From Macrostomum lignano (lineage: Eukaryota): 31,943 nt of DNA. Position 1 is the stretch's first letter. Every line of letters starts with the position of its first letter. The notes beneath the pieces are model-generated. The model saw only the letters and a list, made by a program, of their open reading frames with translations. It had not been told where the DNA came from and did no database searches. The stretch is from contig NIVC01002799.1 in NCBI GenBank assembly GCA_002269645.1, positions 1-31,943 on the forward strand, given 5' to 3'. The position numbers and the translations under genes are program-made. Below, one piece after another: positions 11,901 to 21,605 of this stretch.

Positions 11901-11990
11901 GACGTCAACTGGCGCCTGCTCGAGTCCGAGTCGCCGCCGGACAGCCTGCACGTGCGCACCCTGTACCCGGACTACAAGCCCGACGGCTGA
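8982..11990 (+). CDS. Divergent Ser/Thr protein kinase, AGC-like, 4 exons (8982-9462, 9646-9875, 11048-11334, 11666-11990), about 440 aa
   Basis: Phases are compatible across G|gtaagg..ttcag, AAG|gtgagg..ggcag and AA|gtgaga..cataag. Motifs: FVGGQGFV (Gly loop), AMK, HKDIKADN, DFG, YYPPE, IDAWLFG, DPSSRP and YFEDVNW. The start ATG is uncertain. Confidence 0.85.
9897..10890. repeat. 26-bp minisatellite (gtcgtgtcttggggtgaggccttgag), about 38 units, filling kinase intron 2
   Basis: 26-nt period, with a variant block (gtcgcgtc...gagacattgaggtcgaggtc) recurring three times. Confidence 0.97.
11390..11598. repeat. 17-bp minisatellite (tcttggttgcccctgtc), about 12 units, in kinase intron 3
   Basis: 17-nt period visible directly. 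Confidence 0.95.
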
Positions 11991-12285
11991 CCCGCGCTGT
12001 TGTTGTACCATCGACAGTTTTTTTCACAAAAAAATATTGCTTCCAATCTCTTCTTTTCCCCGAGCCAAGCCAAGATGCATTCGATCCTTGCTGAACAATA
12101 CCGCTGGCTGTGCTCACTGGCGAGAGTTTTTTAGTTTTAATTAAAAATCGACAAATAAACAAGCGGATGATGCTGACGAGAAAAGTTTTATTTAACCATT
12201 CGATCGCTTTCAGACCGAGTGGTCCTTTTTGCTTTCTGAAAAAATGACAAAAAACAGATTTATGTTCTAAGTTGCGATTTTTTGC

Positions 12286-12975
12286 AAGTCGGGGCGCCAC
12301 TTCACAAGTCGGGGCGCCACTCTGGCAATCGGGCGCCACTCTGGGAGTTGGGGCGCCACTTCACAAGTCGGGGCGCCACTCTGGCAGTCGGGCGCCACTC
12401 TGGGAGTTGGGGTGCCACTCTGGCAGTTGGGGCGTCACTCTGACAGTCGGGGAACCACTCTGGCAGTCGGGGCGCCGCTCTACAAGTCGGAGCGTCACTG
12501 TGGCAGTCGGGGAACCACTCTGGCAGTCGGGGCGCCGCTCTACAAGTCGGAGCGTCACTGTGGCAGTCGGGGAACCACTCTGGCAGTCGGGGCGCCGCTC
12601 TACAAGTCGGAGCGTCACTGTGGCAGTCGGGGAACCACTCTGGCAGTCGGGGAACCACTCTGGCAGTCGGGGAGCCACTCTGGCAGTCGGGGCGCCACTG
12701 TGGCCATCGGGGCGTCACTGTGGCAGTCGGGGCGCCACTGTTGCAGTCGGGGCGTCACTGTGGCAGTCGGGGCGCCACTGTGGCAGTCGGGGCGCTACTC
12801 TGGGAGTCGGGGCGCTGCTCTGGGAGTCGGGGCGCTGCTCTGGGAGTCGGGGCGCTACTCTTGCAGTCAGAGCACTACTCTTGCAGCCAGGGAGCTACTC
12901 TTGCAGTCGGGGCGCTACTTTGGGAGTCGGGGCGCCACTGGGAGTCGGGGCGCCACTGGGAGTCGGGGCGCCATT
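12286..12975. repeat. GGGGCGCCA-core minisatellite (about 20-bp units, ggggcgccactctggcagtc) with a 60-bp higher-order block repeated three times
   Basis: The blocks starting at 12481, 12541 and 12601 are nearly identical. The core is shared with the 4446-5010 array. Confidence 0.95.
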
Positions 12976-13540
12976 GTGTCGGCAAGCAATCAATCGCTGC
13001 TGTCTTTATGAAAAATAAGTCAGTGGAGCGCTATGCTGTAGTTGGCATGTTGTAAAAAAGGCACTTTGCATATTGTGTATTTTAAGCTGAAAAAACAGGC
13101 AAGTCACCTTTCTTACAGATGTGAATAACGAAAATAGCTGTCATTGCTCTCAGCATGCGTTACCTAATGCGAAATGGCACTAATTGAAAAGCTAAAAAAG
13201 CTATTAAAGAGGGTTTCGTGGAAGGTCAAGTGTTTCATAGTGCACAACAAACTAATGCTTAACAGCTTAGATACAAGGTTGGCGCTGAATACAGCTATAA
13301 AGCAAGGGTGCGAACCCGGTGGTTGGGCAAAGCGTTGGATAGTTAATATTGGCTCGTAGAACTTTTCCAAGGGAGGTCTGAAGGGTAGGTCAGCGCTAAA
13401 CGTATTTTATGTTTCAATTTTTCAAAGAGCTGTAGGTATATTCTGATTGGTAAATAAACCATGTTCAGAGGCACGGCTTCAAGACTTCAAAAGGTTTTAT
13501 TAGGCTCCAATGGCGTCTTGATGGCTCGCGAGTTGGCGGC

Positions 13541-14389
13541 TCAGTGCTTCCGCTTGTCCTTCCGCTGCTGGCGGTGCTCCCGCTTGTTTGACGTCGAGCT
13601 GGCCCGCTTCTCCCGGTCCGACCTGCCCTCGCCGTCTCTCCCTGAGGTCCTGTGACGCTCGGAGTTTGAGACGCGTTGGCGTCCTTCGTCCTCGCCCCGG
13701 CTGCCGCGGGCGCCGCCTCGATGCCGGCCGTGTTGCTCCTTTGGGCTGTTGGCTTCGCTGGCTGCCCGCTGTGGCTTGATGGATAGCTTCATCTTGAGGT
13801 GGCACTTCTCCGGCAGCTTGTTCTCGGCGCTGAGCTTGTAGATTGCGACTCGAATCTCCTGCGTGGCCCGCTCGATGATGCGCTCGAGGTACTTGTCCTC
13901 CTTGAAGTCGCCGCTGCCGTCGCCGCTGTCCTTGCGCTGCATGGCAACCGAGTGGCTGTTGGACGGCTGCGACTGGCGCCTGTGCCGGCTGTCCGAGTGC
14001 GTCTTGCGCCGGTGCTCCGCCTCGGTGCCGTGGCCTCGGTTGTTCTGGTTCCGGTTCGGTGTCGCGCCGGAGCTGTTAGAGCTGCACGCGTCCATAGCGG
14101 CGGCGCGCCTGTCGCTGGACTTCCTCTTGAACTCGTTATGGTTGTTTTCCTGGCTGGCCGTGCTCCGGAGCAGCGACTTCATGCGGCTCACCGCGTCGCT
14201 CTTCAGCCGGTCTATTAGCACCTGTCGGCCCTGCTCGCCCGCCGAGTTTGTAGTTGACGGCGATGACAGAATGGAGACAGAATTGTCGTCTGCAAACAGG
14301 CAGACCTGCGAGTCGGACGTGGCCATCCACTTGGCCACCTTGTCGATCGTGTGGTTGAGGTTGACACAGTCGTAAGCAACGGAGACCAT
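13541..14389 (-). CDS. Intronless ORF, about 282 aa, Ser/Arg-rich charged protein of unknown function
   Basis: Long GC-rich non-repetitive ORF in an AT-rich background. ATG in strong Kozak context (gaagccATGG) at 14389. No family recognised. Confidence 0.7.
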   Translation of the reverse strand: MVSVAYDCVNLNHTIDKVAKWMATSDSQVCLFADDNSVSILSSPSTTNSAGEQGRQVLIDRLKSDAVSRMKSLLRSTASQENNHNEFKRKSSDRRAAAMDACSSNSSGATPNRNQNNRGHGTEAEHRRKTHSDSRHRRQSQPSNSHSVAMQRKDSGDGSGDFKEDKYLERIIERATQEIRVAIYKLSAENKLPEKCHLKMKLSIKPQRAASEANSPKEQHGRHRGGARGSRGEDEGRQRVSNSERHRTSGRDGEGRSDREKRASSTSNKREHRQQRKDKRKH

Positions 14390-16241
14390 GGCTTCTCTGC
14401 GCTCCGGGGGCTGTTTCACAATTCCACTATTCAGAGGAGCGGCTATAAGTTGAAGCACTAGCGTTGCTTAACTTCTAATGCCATTTTGCAGGTTCGCACA
14501 CAGACTAATTTCTAGGAGCCGCAAACAAATAGCAAATGAAAGCTGCCGCGCCGTCTAGGGAAATAAATGCACAGATGGTAAATAAAGTGCATGCTCACTA
14601 CTGAAGCTGTTTGCTGCATGCAGCTGCCTGGAGCCAGGAGGGAAGATCAAAATGAGTATTTGCTGCAATTCGTGTGTATCTCAGATTCTCAGCCCATATA
14701 GAGAAAGGTATGGGACGAAAACTTGGCACTTCTTGAAGTTTGTGCATGATTTCTGGTACGAATTAAGTTGCTTTCAATAGTTTACACGTGTGCTGAAAAA
14801 AGAAACTGCTCTAGCAATAGAATTGTAGATAAAGTATTAAATTTCGATTTTAAACAAGACACAGATGTAACTTTAGTGACTGTGCATGTACAGTATACAT
14901 GTAACTTAAAATAGCTTAAAAACCACATTATATTAATAACACATGTATGTGGGTCCATACAATCACTCATTTTGTCCACTAGTTTATTGGACAATTTCAG
15001 AACAATATCAATTTCAATAGAAAATTAAAGTTCCACCATTGTATATGTATATTTTATTGCGTTATTTTTATTTCAGGAATTTTTGCTTAAATTCCATTCA
15101 TTCTAAAAGGCAAGATGACTATAGAGGCCAGGCTTTATATAACGTTTCAAAATTGCATACCCTTGAAATATAGCCACCCTGACGTGTGCATAGCCGTTCA
15201 TAACTCGAGTTAATTTTTCTCATCACATATTTTAAAAATCCAGTCATGTATGTTTTTAGATAAGGTGAGTTCGAGGTAAAAAAGATCTTGTGTTCTCTTA
15301 ATAGCGGCTTGAGTTTACTTTAACGTTAAAACAAATACTGCATATTCATGTGTTGGAAATATATAATTTTAAGATAAAAGCTCTTCCAAAACGTCTCAAA
15401 GCTATTTTCGCTGTTAAAAAATAGTTTAAGTTAAAAAGTCTGTTTCTGAAGCCAAGTTTACACTAGAAACTTTGCATCGGTCAACCTTTAAATTCTTTTT
15501 TAGCAAAATAGTTTTTTGTATCGATTAACGATTGAGCGGTGAGGAGGCGCTTTGCTTTTTACATTACAACTGTGACTGTGGAATTCATTAAATGAATATA
15601 TATAATATCTTACTAACATAGTTATAATATATAACAATCATTCGATATGGGAAAAATTTAGTCTCATGTTATACATGTATATAGCTTCAGCTTGCAAGTG
15701 CTTTCATCAACGTTCATAAAAGTAAAATTGCGTTGTCGATTGACTGTTTTTTATTTTGTTTTTTACTTAAAGCAATAATTATTCATGTCAGTTTTTAATA
15801 CCAAGACTATGTGTTTAACTAGCTTTACTATAGGGGCACTCAAACTCTTAAAAAAGCTAAGAACTTAGCCTTAAGGTAGCGACCGACCAAGAATTACAAG
15901 AAATAATTTATCATAAAACTGTCAAATTCTATGTCCCACTATCAAGATAGCAATATCTTATGATAAAGGTAAATTCACCTGATTAAAAGCAAAAAAATTC
16001 AAATAAATTTACTGCGTCTGAAGTTCTGATTCGTACAGAACTTTGGATTAACAAATGTAGAATTACAGTTGCGTGTTTGAAAAAAAAGTTTTTACATTAT
16101 TTTCCACTTAGTCTAAGATTTTCTGAATAAACTGCTCATAATTTAGCTATCTATTCAAAATCAAATTGATTTGCAACAAATTTACATTTTAATTCATATT
16201 AAAAAGTAAATGGATATTGCAATATTTTCAGCGAGATCAGC

Positions 16242-19200
16242 ATGAATCGCAATCAGCTGGCTCAGAAGCTGCGTCACAACTGGGCAACAAGGGACACCGA
16301 GCTCGACTCTAGGCCCTCGTTTGGCGATGCTGACCTCACCAACCTTGGCTGGCTGCAGAACATGGATTTGATGAAGCTGACTCCGCCAACTCCGCCAGCG
16401 TCCCCGCCAGTTTCGCCGGGCCCGCTGCTGCTCATGCCGCCGCCGTTGCTGCAGTCGCAGCAGCTGTCCTCTCAAGTCAGTCCCAGCGGCGGCACGCAGC
16501 AGAGGCCGCATCAGTTGGATCGAAGCGCTGCATTCTTGGCCGCCAGAGCTCTCTCAGTGCCGGCCAGCCACTCGGCCGCCAACGGTGCCATCCAGTTGCC
16601 GCCGTCGGCGCCGCCGCCCGTCCCGCCGTTGCCCGCTGCCGAGTTCGCGTCCGATCCCAGCCTGAAGCCGCCATACTCATTCTCGACTCTGATCTTCATG
16701 GCCCTGACCAGCCAGAGCCGCTCCCGCATGACTCTGCAGGAAATCTGCGGCTGGATAGGCGACAAATTCGCCTTTTATCGCTGCTCAGGAGACAAGAGCT
16801 GGCAGGTGAGAATAACTATAGGCTTGACTGCGCAATGTTTGTTTGATTCCTGTCCACCAGCCCATGACTTTGTCTGCGTCCGATCCAGCGCCAGTCCAAG
16901 GTCTTTGTTAGTCCTACCATCCTGTACAAGTCCATGTCTTTGCTAGTGCTACCATCCTGTACAAGTCCATGTCTTTGCTAGTGCTACCATCCTGTACAAG
17001 TCCAGGTCTTTGCTTAGTGCTACCATCCTGTACAAGTCCATCTTTGCTAGTGCTACCATCCTGTACAAGTCCAGTCTTTGCTTAGTGCTACATCAAGTCC
17101 ATGTCTTTGCTAGTGCTACCATCCTGTACAAGTCCAGGTCTTTGCTTAGTGCTACCATCCTGTACAAGTCCAGGTCTTTGCTAGTGCTACCATCCTGTAC
17201 AAGTCCATGTCTTTGCTTAGTGCTACTATTTTGTACAAGTCCAGGTCTTTGCTAGTGCTACCATCCTGTACAAGTCCAGGTCTTTGCTATAGTGCTACCA
17301 TACTGTAGAAGTCCAGGTCTTTGCTAGTGCTACTATCCTCTACAAGTCTAAGTCTTTGTTAGTGCTCAGTGGCGCAGCCAGGATTTCCTTCGGGGGGGGG
17401 GGGTCACAGTCAGTCACAGGCTCACAGCGGCAACCGGGGGCAGGGGGTGCTAGGCCTCTGCGACGGGGGAGGGGGCCTGAAAATTTGGCCTGGATCAGCC
17501 GGCTGGGGGAGGGTCATGGCTCCCATGACCCCCCGTTGGCTACGCCCCTGTTAGTGCTGTCATCCTGTAGAAGTCCAGAGCAACATTTTAGTCAATTTTA
17601 TGGGGCTGGCCCTGTTGCATTTGCACGCCTGTCAGCTACTATACGAGTGCGAACTAAAAATACGATTGATCTCAATTCACGTGGCACTGGTTGCCCGTAA
17701 CCCACCTCCATGACAGCCCCAGCTCCCCAGTTTCTGTGCAGTTCTTGGCACAATAAAATATTTACGACCCGTGCGCAGACACTAAAAATTGTTCTCCACA
17801 AAAGAATGGCAGGCCCAGCGTGAATCTCTCGCCCTACACCAAAAAAACATCGCAGCTGAGAAGAGAGGTCACCCGCATTCCATATTGGGAGCTTGCTACT
17901 TGGGATTCTGTTAGGAAAAGCTGCATCCAAAAATTTTGTATCCCAAACATCGGTGCCCCCCAGCGCGCAGGTCTCGGCTCTGTTTCCCGTCCTTCCCATT
18001 CCCAATTTTTTTCTTAACATTCACATCCCCGGCTCTCAGCTCCATTGTTCCCCCGGCGCGTACACGACAGACAGACTCTTTGCATCGATCTCGCCGTGGG
18101 CCTTAATTCTCCCCTTCAGGACTGGGGATGAGTGAGGGGGGCTTAGAAGCCAGAAGCAGGGGAAAGTGCAAAGTGCAACTGTACTTTAATTCTCTTTAGC
18201 TAGTATCCTTTAGTCAACAGTCAGATGCCTAATTTTAGCATCACCATTGAGAGACTCTGCTTTCCAAGAAAGACAATTATGGTTAGTTAGATTAGTCTTG
18301 TGCAAAATTGCGCTAAAAGTAGCTGTCAATAGGAGCTAAACTAGAGATGTTTCGAACTGGCTACTACAAGTAACAAGCTACCAATTGAGTTCAAAGGTGG
18401 CTTCGCGAAAATCGTTGTTAAATATTAATAATTTGGATTTTCTTTGGGTCAGTTTCTACTGTTTTACCGACATGTAGTCATACAGAGTGCATGCTAGGGA
18501 CGCCAGGGGTGCCAGGAGTGCCAGGGGTGCCAGGAGTGCCAGGGGTGCCAGGAGTGCCAGGGGTTCCAGGAGTGCCAGGGGTTCCAGGAGTGCCAAGGGC
18601 TGCCAGGAGTGCCAGGAGTGCCAGGAGTGCCAGGGGTGCCAGGAGTGTGCCAGGAGTGCCAGGGGTGCCAGGAGTGCCAGGTGCCAGGGTGCCAGGGGTG
18701 CAGGAGTGCCAGGAGTGCCAGGGTGCCAGGGTGAGGGTGCCAGGGTGAGGGTGCCAGGAGTGCCAGGGGTGCCAGGGGCCAGCAAGAGTTGTCAGAAATA
18801 TCATGGATGTCAAAGATGTCTAGGGCGCCAAGGTTGCCACGGGCGCCAAGGTAGTCAGGGGCGCCAAGGTCACCAGAGGCGCCAAGGTCGTCAGGGGCGC
18901 CAAGGTCACCAGGGGCGCCAAGGTCGTCAGGGGCGCCAAGGTCACCAGGGGCGCCAAGGTCACCAGGGGCGCCAAGGTCGCCACAGCTGCATTTAGCATG
19001 GCATCTTTTCAGAGCGCGGTCGCTACAACCTCACCCTAAACCGCTGCTTCCAACGGGTTCCGCGGCGCAAAGACGAGGCCGGGAACAAGGGCGGCTTCTG
19101 GAGGCTCAATCCCGACCACGCCAGCTATTTGGAGATGCCGCATAGCAACCATCTGGCAACGGGGCCCGTCACCGCCCCTGTCACGTCGCTCGCCCAGACG

Positions 19201-20215
19201 GCGGGTTTCAAGCGACCAGGCGGGCCGCAGGCTGCCAGCGCCAGCAAGGAGATGGCGGCCACCGTGAAACGGCGTAACCATGGCAACCTGTTCTATGGCA
19301 GCCAGCAGGCGATGCACGCCACCTATCAGACGCAGCTCAGCCTGCCGGATTTCCAGGATGAGAGACGGAGTTTCTATGGTGACCACACCACCTGCAGCAT
19401 GGGCACCCGATGCCTGGATCTGATTGGCTGAGCGCAAACATCCTGGATGAGAACTCGATGCGGAGCCATGACCCGACTCTGTCGGGCGTCAGCTTGAAAA
19501 ACGGTAGGCCATGAAGCAATCAGATTCGCTTGAGGTAGCTCGAAAATTCGTTTTTTATTAGATTGCCAACTGCTTACAAGAAGTCTGCAACTGAGGATCT
19601 GAGAGGCTGGCTCAGAAACTGAGGATCTGGGAGGCTGGCCCAGCAGCTGGGATCTGGGAGGGAGGCTGGCCCAGCAACTGAGGATCTGGGAGGTTGGCCC
19701 AGAAACTGAGAATCTGGGAGGGTGGGATCTTGGTGATCTGGGATCATGAGCATTAAACGTGCAGATATTTTACAAGAATAAATGCATGCTATCATCTGTA
19801 AACAAAATTTTTGCCAGCATCCGACCCCCGGCCAGCTGCAGCGACCGTTGGCTCCGTCTCGACGGCGTCGTCGTCTACAGCAGCAGCAGCCAGCACCACC
19901 GGTCCTGCCGACGATGAGCGCTGGCTGTTTGAACCGGACGACGGCTTGCTTGGCGAGAGCGGCCAGGCGGCTCTGGACATGTCCAACCCAGCCAGCCTGC
20001 TGGATTTGACTTTGCACGGCACAGCGCTGAATCCGCCGAGCTGGTGGGTCAGCAGCATCGGCGAGGTCGGCGGCGGAGGCGGTGGCGGCGCCGGTGGCAG
20101 CAGCGGCGGCGGCAGGGGCGCCACTCCGTCGCCGATTTTGCATAGTGAGCAGGAGGAATGGGTGGACGGCAATCTGGACGCTAGCGAGCTGGACACCCTG
20201 CTGGGTCTGGCCTAG
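16242..20215 (+). CDS. foxJ1: Forkhead transcription factor of FoxJ1 type, 3 exons (16242-16805, 19013-19503, 19818-20215), about 484 aa after correcting two 1-nt deletions in exon 2
   Basis: N-terminal DLTNLGWLQ motif. Forkhead domain [14 protein letters not shown]...WQ|SA(V)[34 protein letters not shown], where the KDE-GKGGFW wing and the intron after WQ are FoxJ1-like. C-terminal LDLTLHG resembles the FoxJ1 DLTIHG motif. The FoxN-like FS-LIFMA helix makes the subfamily call less than certain. Confidence 0.78.
16905..17580. repeat. About 35-bp minisatellite (tagtgctaccatcctgtacaagtccaggtctttgc) in FoxJ1 intron 1, interrupted by a MITE
   Basis: Tandem units from about 16905 to 17366, resuming as ttagtgctgtcatcctgtagaagtcca after 17550. 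Confidence 0.9.
17367..17550. mobile_element. 184-bp non-autonomous DNA transposon (MITE), hAT-like
   Basis: Terminal inverted repeats CAGTGGCGCAGCCA / TGGCTACGCCCCTG (12 of 14 match). Perfect 8-bp target-site duplication TTAGTGCT at 17359-17366 and 17551-17558. No ORF. Confidence 0.88.
18497..18780. repeat. 9-bp minisatellite (gccaggagt/gccaggggt), intronic
   Basis: 9-nt period. It gives spurious PGT/GVP collagen-like ORFs. Confidence 0.92.
18822..18982. repeat. 18-bp array (ggggcgccaaggtcacca) ending about 30 nt before the exon-2 acceptor
   Basis: Tandem units with the GGGGCGCCA core. Confidence 0.88.
19586..19745. repeat. Degenerate array of about 28 bp (caactgaggatctgggaggctggcccag) in FoxJ1 intron 2
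   Basis: About 5 imperfect units visible. Confidence 0.75.
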
Positions 20216-21605
20216 GCTATTAGACAGCATTCAATATTTGATTATTTTTAGTCTCCGAGTTTTCCTGCACGCAATGATTAATTTATGACTAATGAGCTGT
20301 AGTTTATCGCGTCTCTTGTTATTTGGCTGGGTGAATGTGAGATTAATTCTACGCAATTAAGGACAAGATTCTTGACGATCCGCAACCATGGACAGCTGCA
20401 CTCGATTTTCTTAGAAATGAGCTGCACCGAGGCCGCGGCATGGAATGCAAGGATGGTGCGGTTTTTTCCCGACCGAATTTTGTCTATGGCGAAACCCTAT
20501 AGCCATTCAGCGCTGAGCGTTCTCCAGACATTGGAGATACGACAAATACAATTTCCTTACCGGCCTCGATGCAGCTTATTCCTAGGAAAATTTCGAGTAT
20601 GACGCGCTTCCTTCTATACTTCAATTTTCCATATCCGCAACTGTGCGATAGTTTTCAACAGAACAGCTGGGCCGGACCACTGTGATATTCTTAATGGTGC
20701 AGCTAGGACCTAGGACTAGTGTGGTATATTCATTATCAATAAAAGATTTAAGGGTCAATGTGTTTCAGTAACAAGAATCACAACCCAAAGTTATATTTTG
20801 TAACACAAATTTTTAGTGCTTACTTTCAGAATTTAGATGGTCGAAGTGGAGTGAATATACGCTGCTGATCGATGCTCCATTCGATAGGAGAATCTATCTG
20901 ATACTTTTTATTTTCCTTTTCTATATTTACTCATTTAAAGAGGCCTTAACTAGTAAGAGATAATTTCGAGTTCACGGCGAGCGAGGCGATTAATTTCAGA
21001 GTTAAGCACAGAGTTTTTTACATGCGATTTTCTCCGCCCAGAACTGCCTTTATAATTAAACTCAAATTTAGCATTGATCTGTTATAGCGAACTACTAGTG
21101 TACTACAACTAGCCTCGCGGTCGCGCATGCGCGATCAACTTTGATTTTCCTTATTTTTCCAAGCTGATTTTGTCCTCAAGAAAGTACAGTTATAAAAAGG
21201 CTTGTCCGTCGCGCACTGTATTGCAATTTTTATTGTAAAAAAATACACAAAAAGCTTTATGCTCGTACAAAGTTTTGGGACACTCCTTTTGAAGTTAATT
21301 TCGAATTGTAATCGTTTTCGCTTTTTCTTAGTCCTATATAATCTCGAAAAAAACGATCAGGACTTGAAATCCAGCGGCAGTGCAATATTTAACGAAGCAG
21401 TAATTTTCTCGTGATTCGATGCGTCAAACTTATATTTGAAAACTTGTGGCATTAAAACTGTTGAATCAATAAACAATATTTTTGGAGTAAAAACAGTGCA
21501 AAATGTTGAACAGTAGGATTGGGGGGGGGGGCTAAATGCCAAGCTCTGGTATATTGGTTGAAAGTTCGGGGGTATTTTACGCTTGTGAGCTCAACGCTCC
21601 AGCGC

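Noticed and set aside
18456-18996. Collagen-like Gly-X-Y ORFs (PGT, GVP, QGR)
   Set aside because: These are 9-bp and 18-bp arrays inside FoxJ1 intron 1, with no signal peptide or collagen C-terminal domain.
19574-20230. 218-aa antisense ORF over FoxJ1 exon 3, and similar antisense ORFs over other exons
   Set aside because: These are shadow ORFs of GC-rich coding sequence. The opposite strand carries the recognisable motifs and splice sites.
20372-20602. Short ORF downstream of FoxJ1
   Set aside because: No recognisable motif or compatible splice sites. It may be 3' UTR or a decayed repeat.
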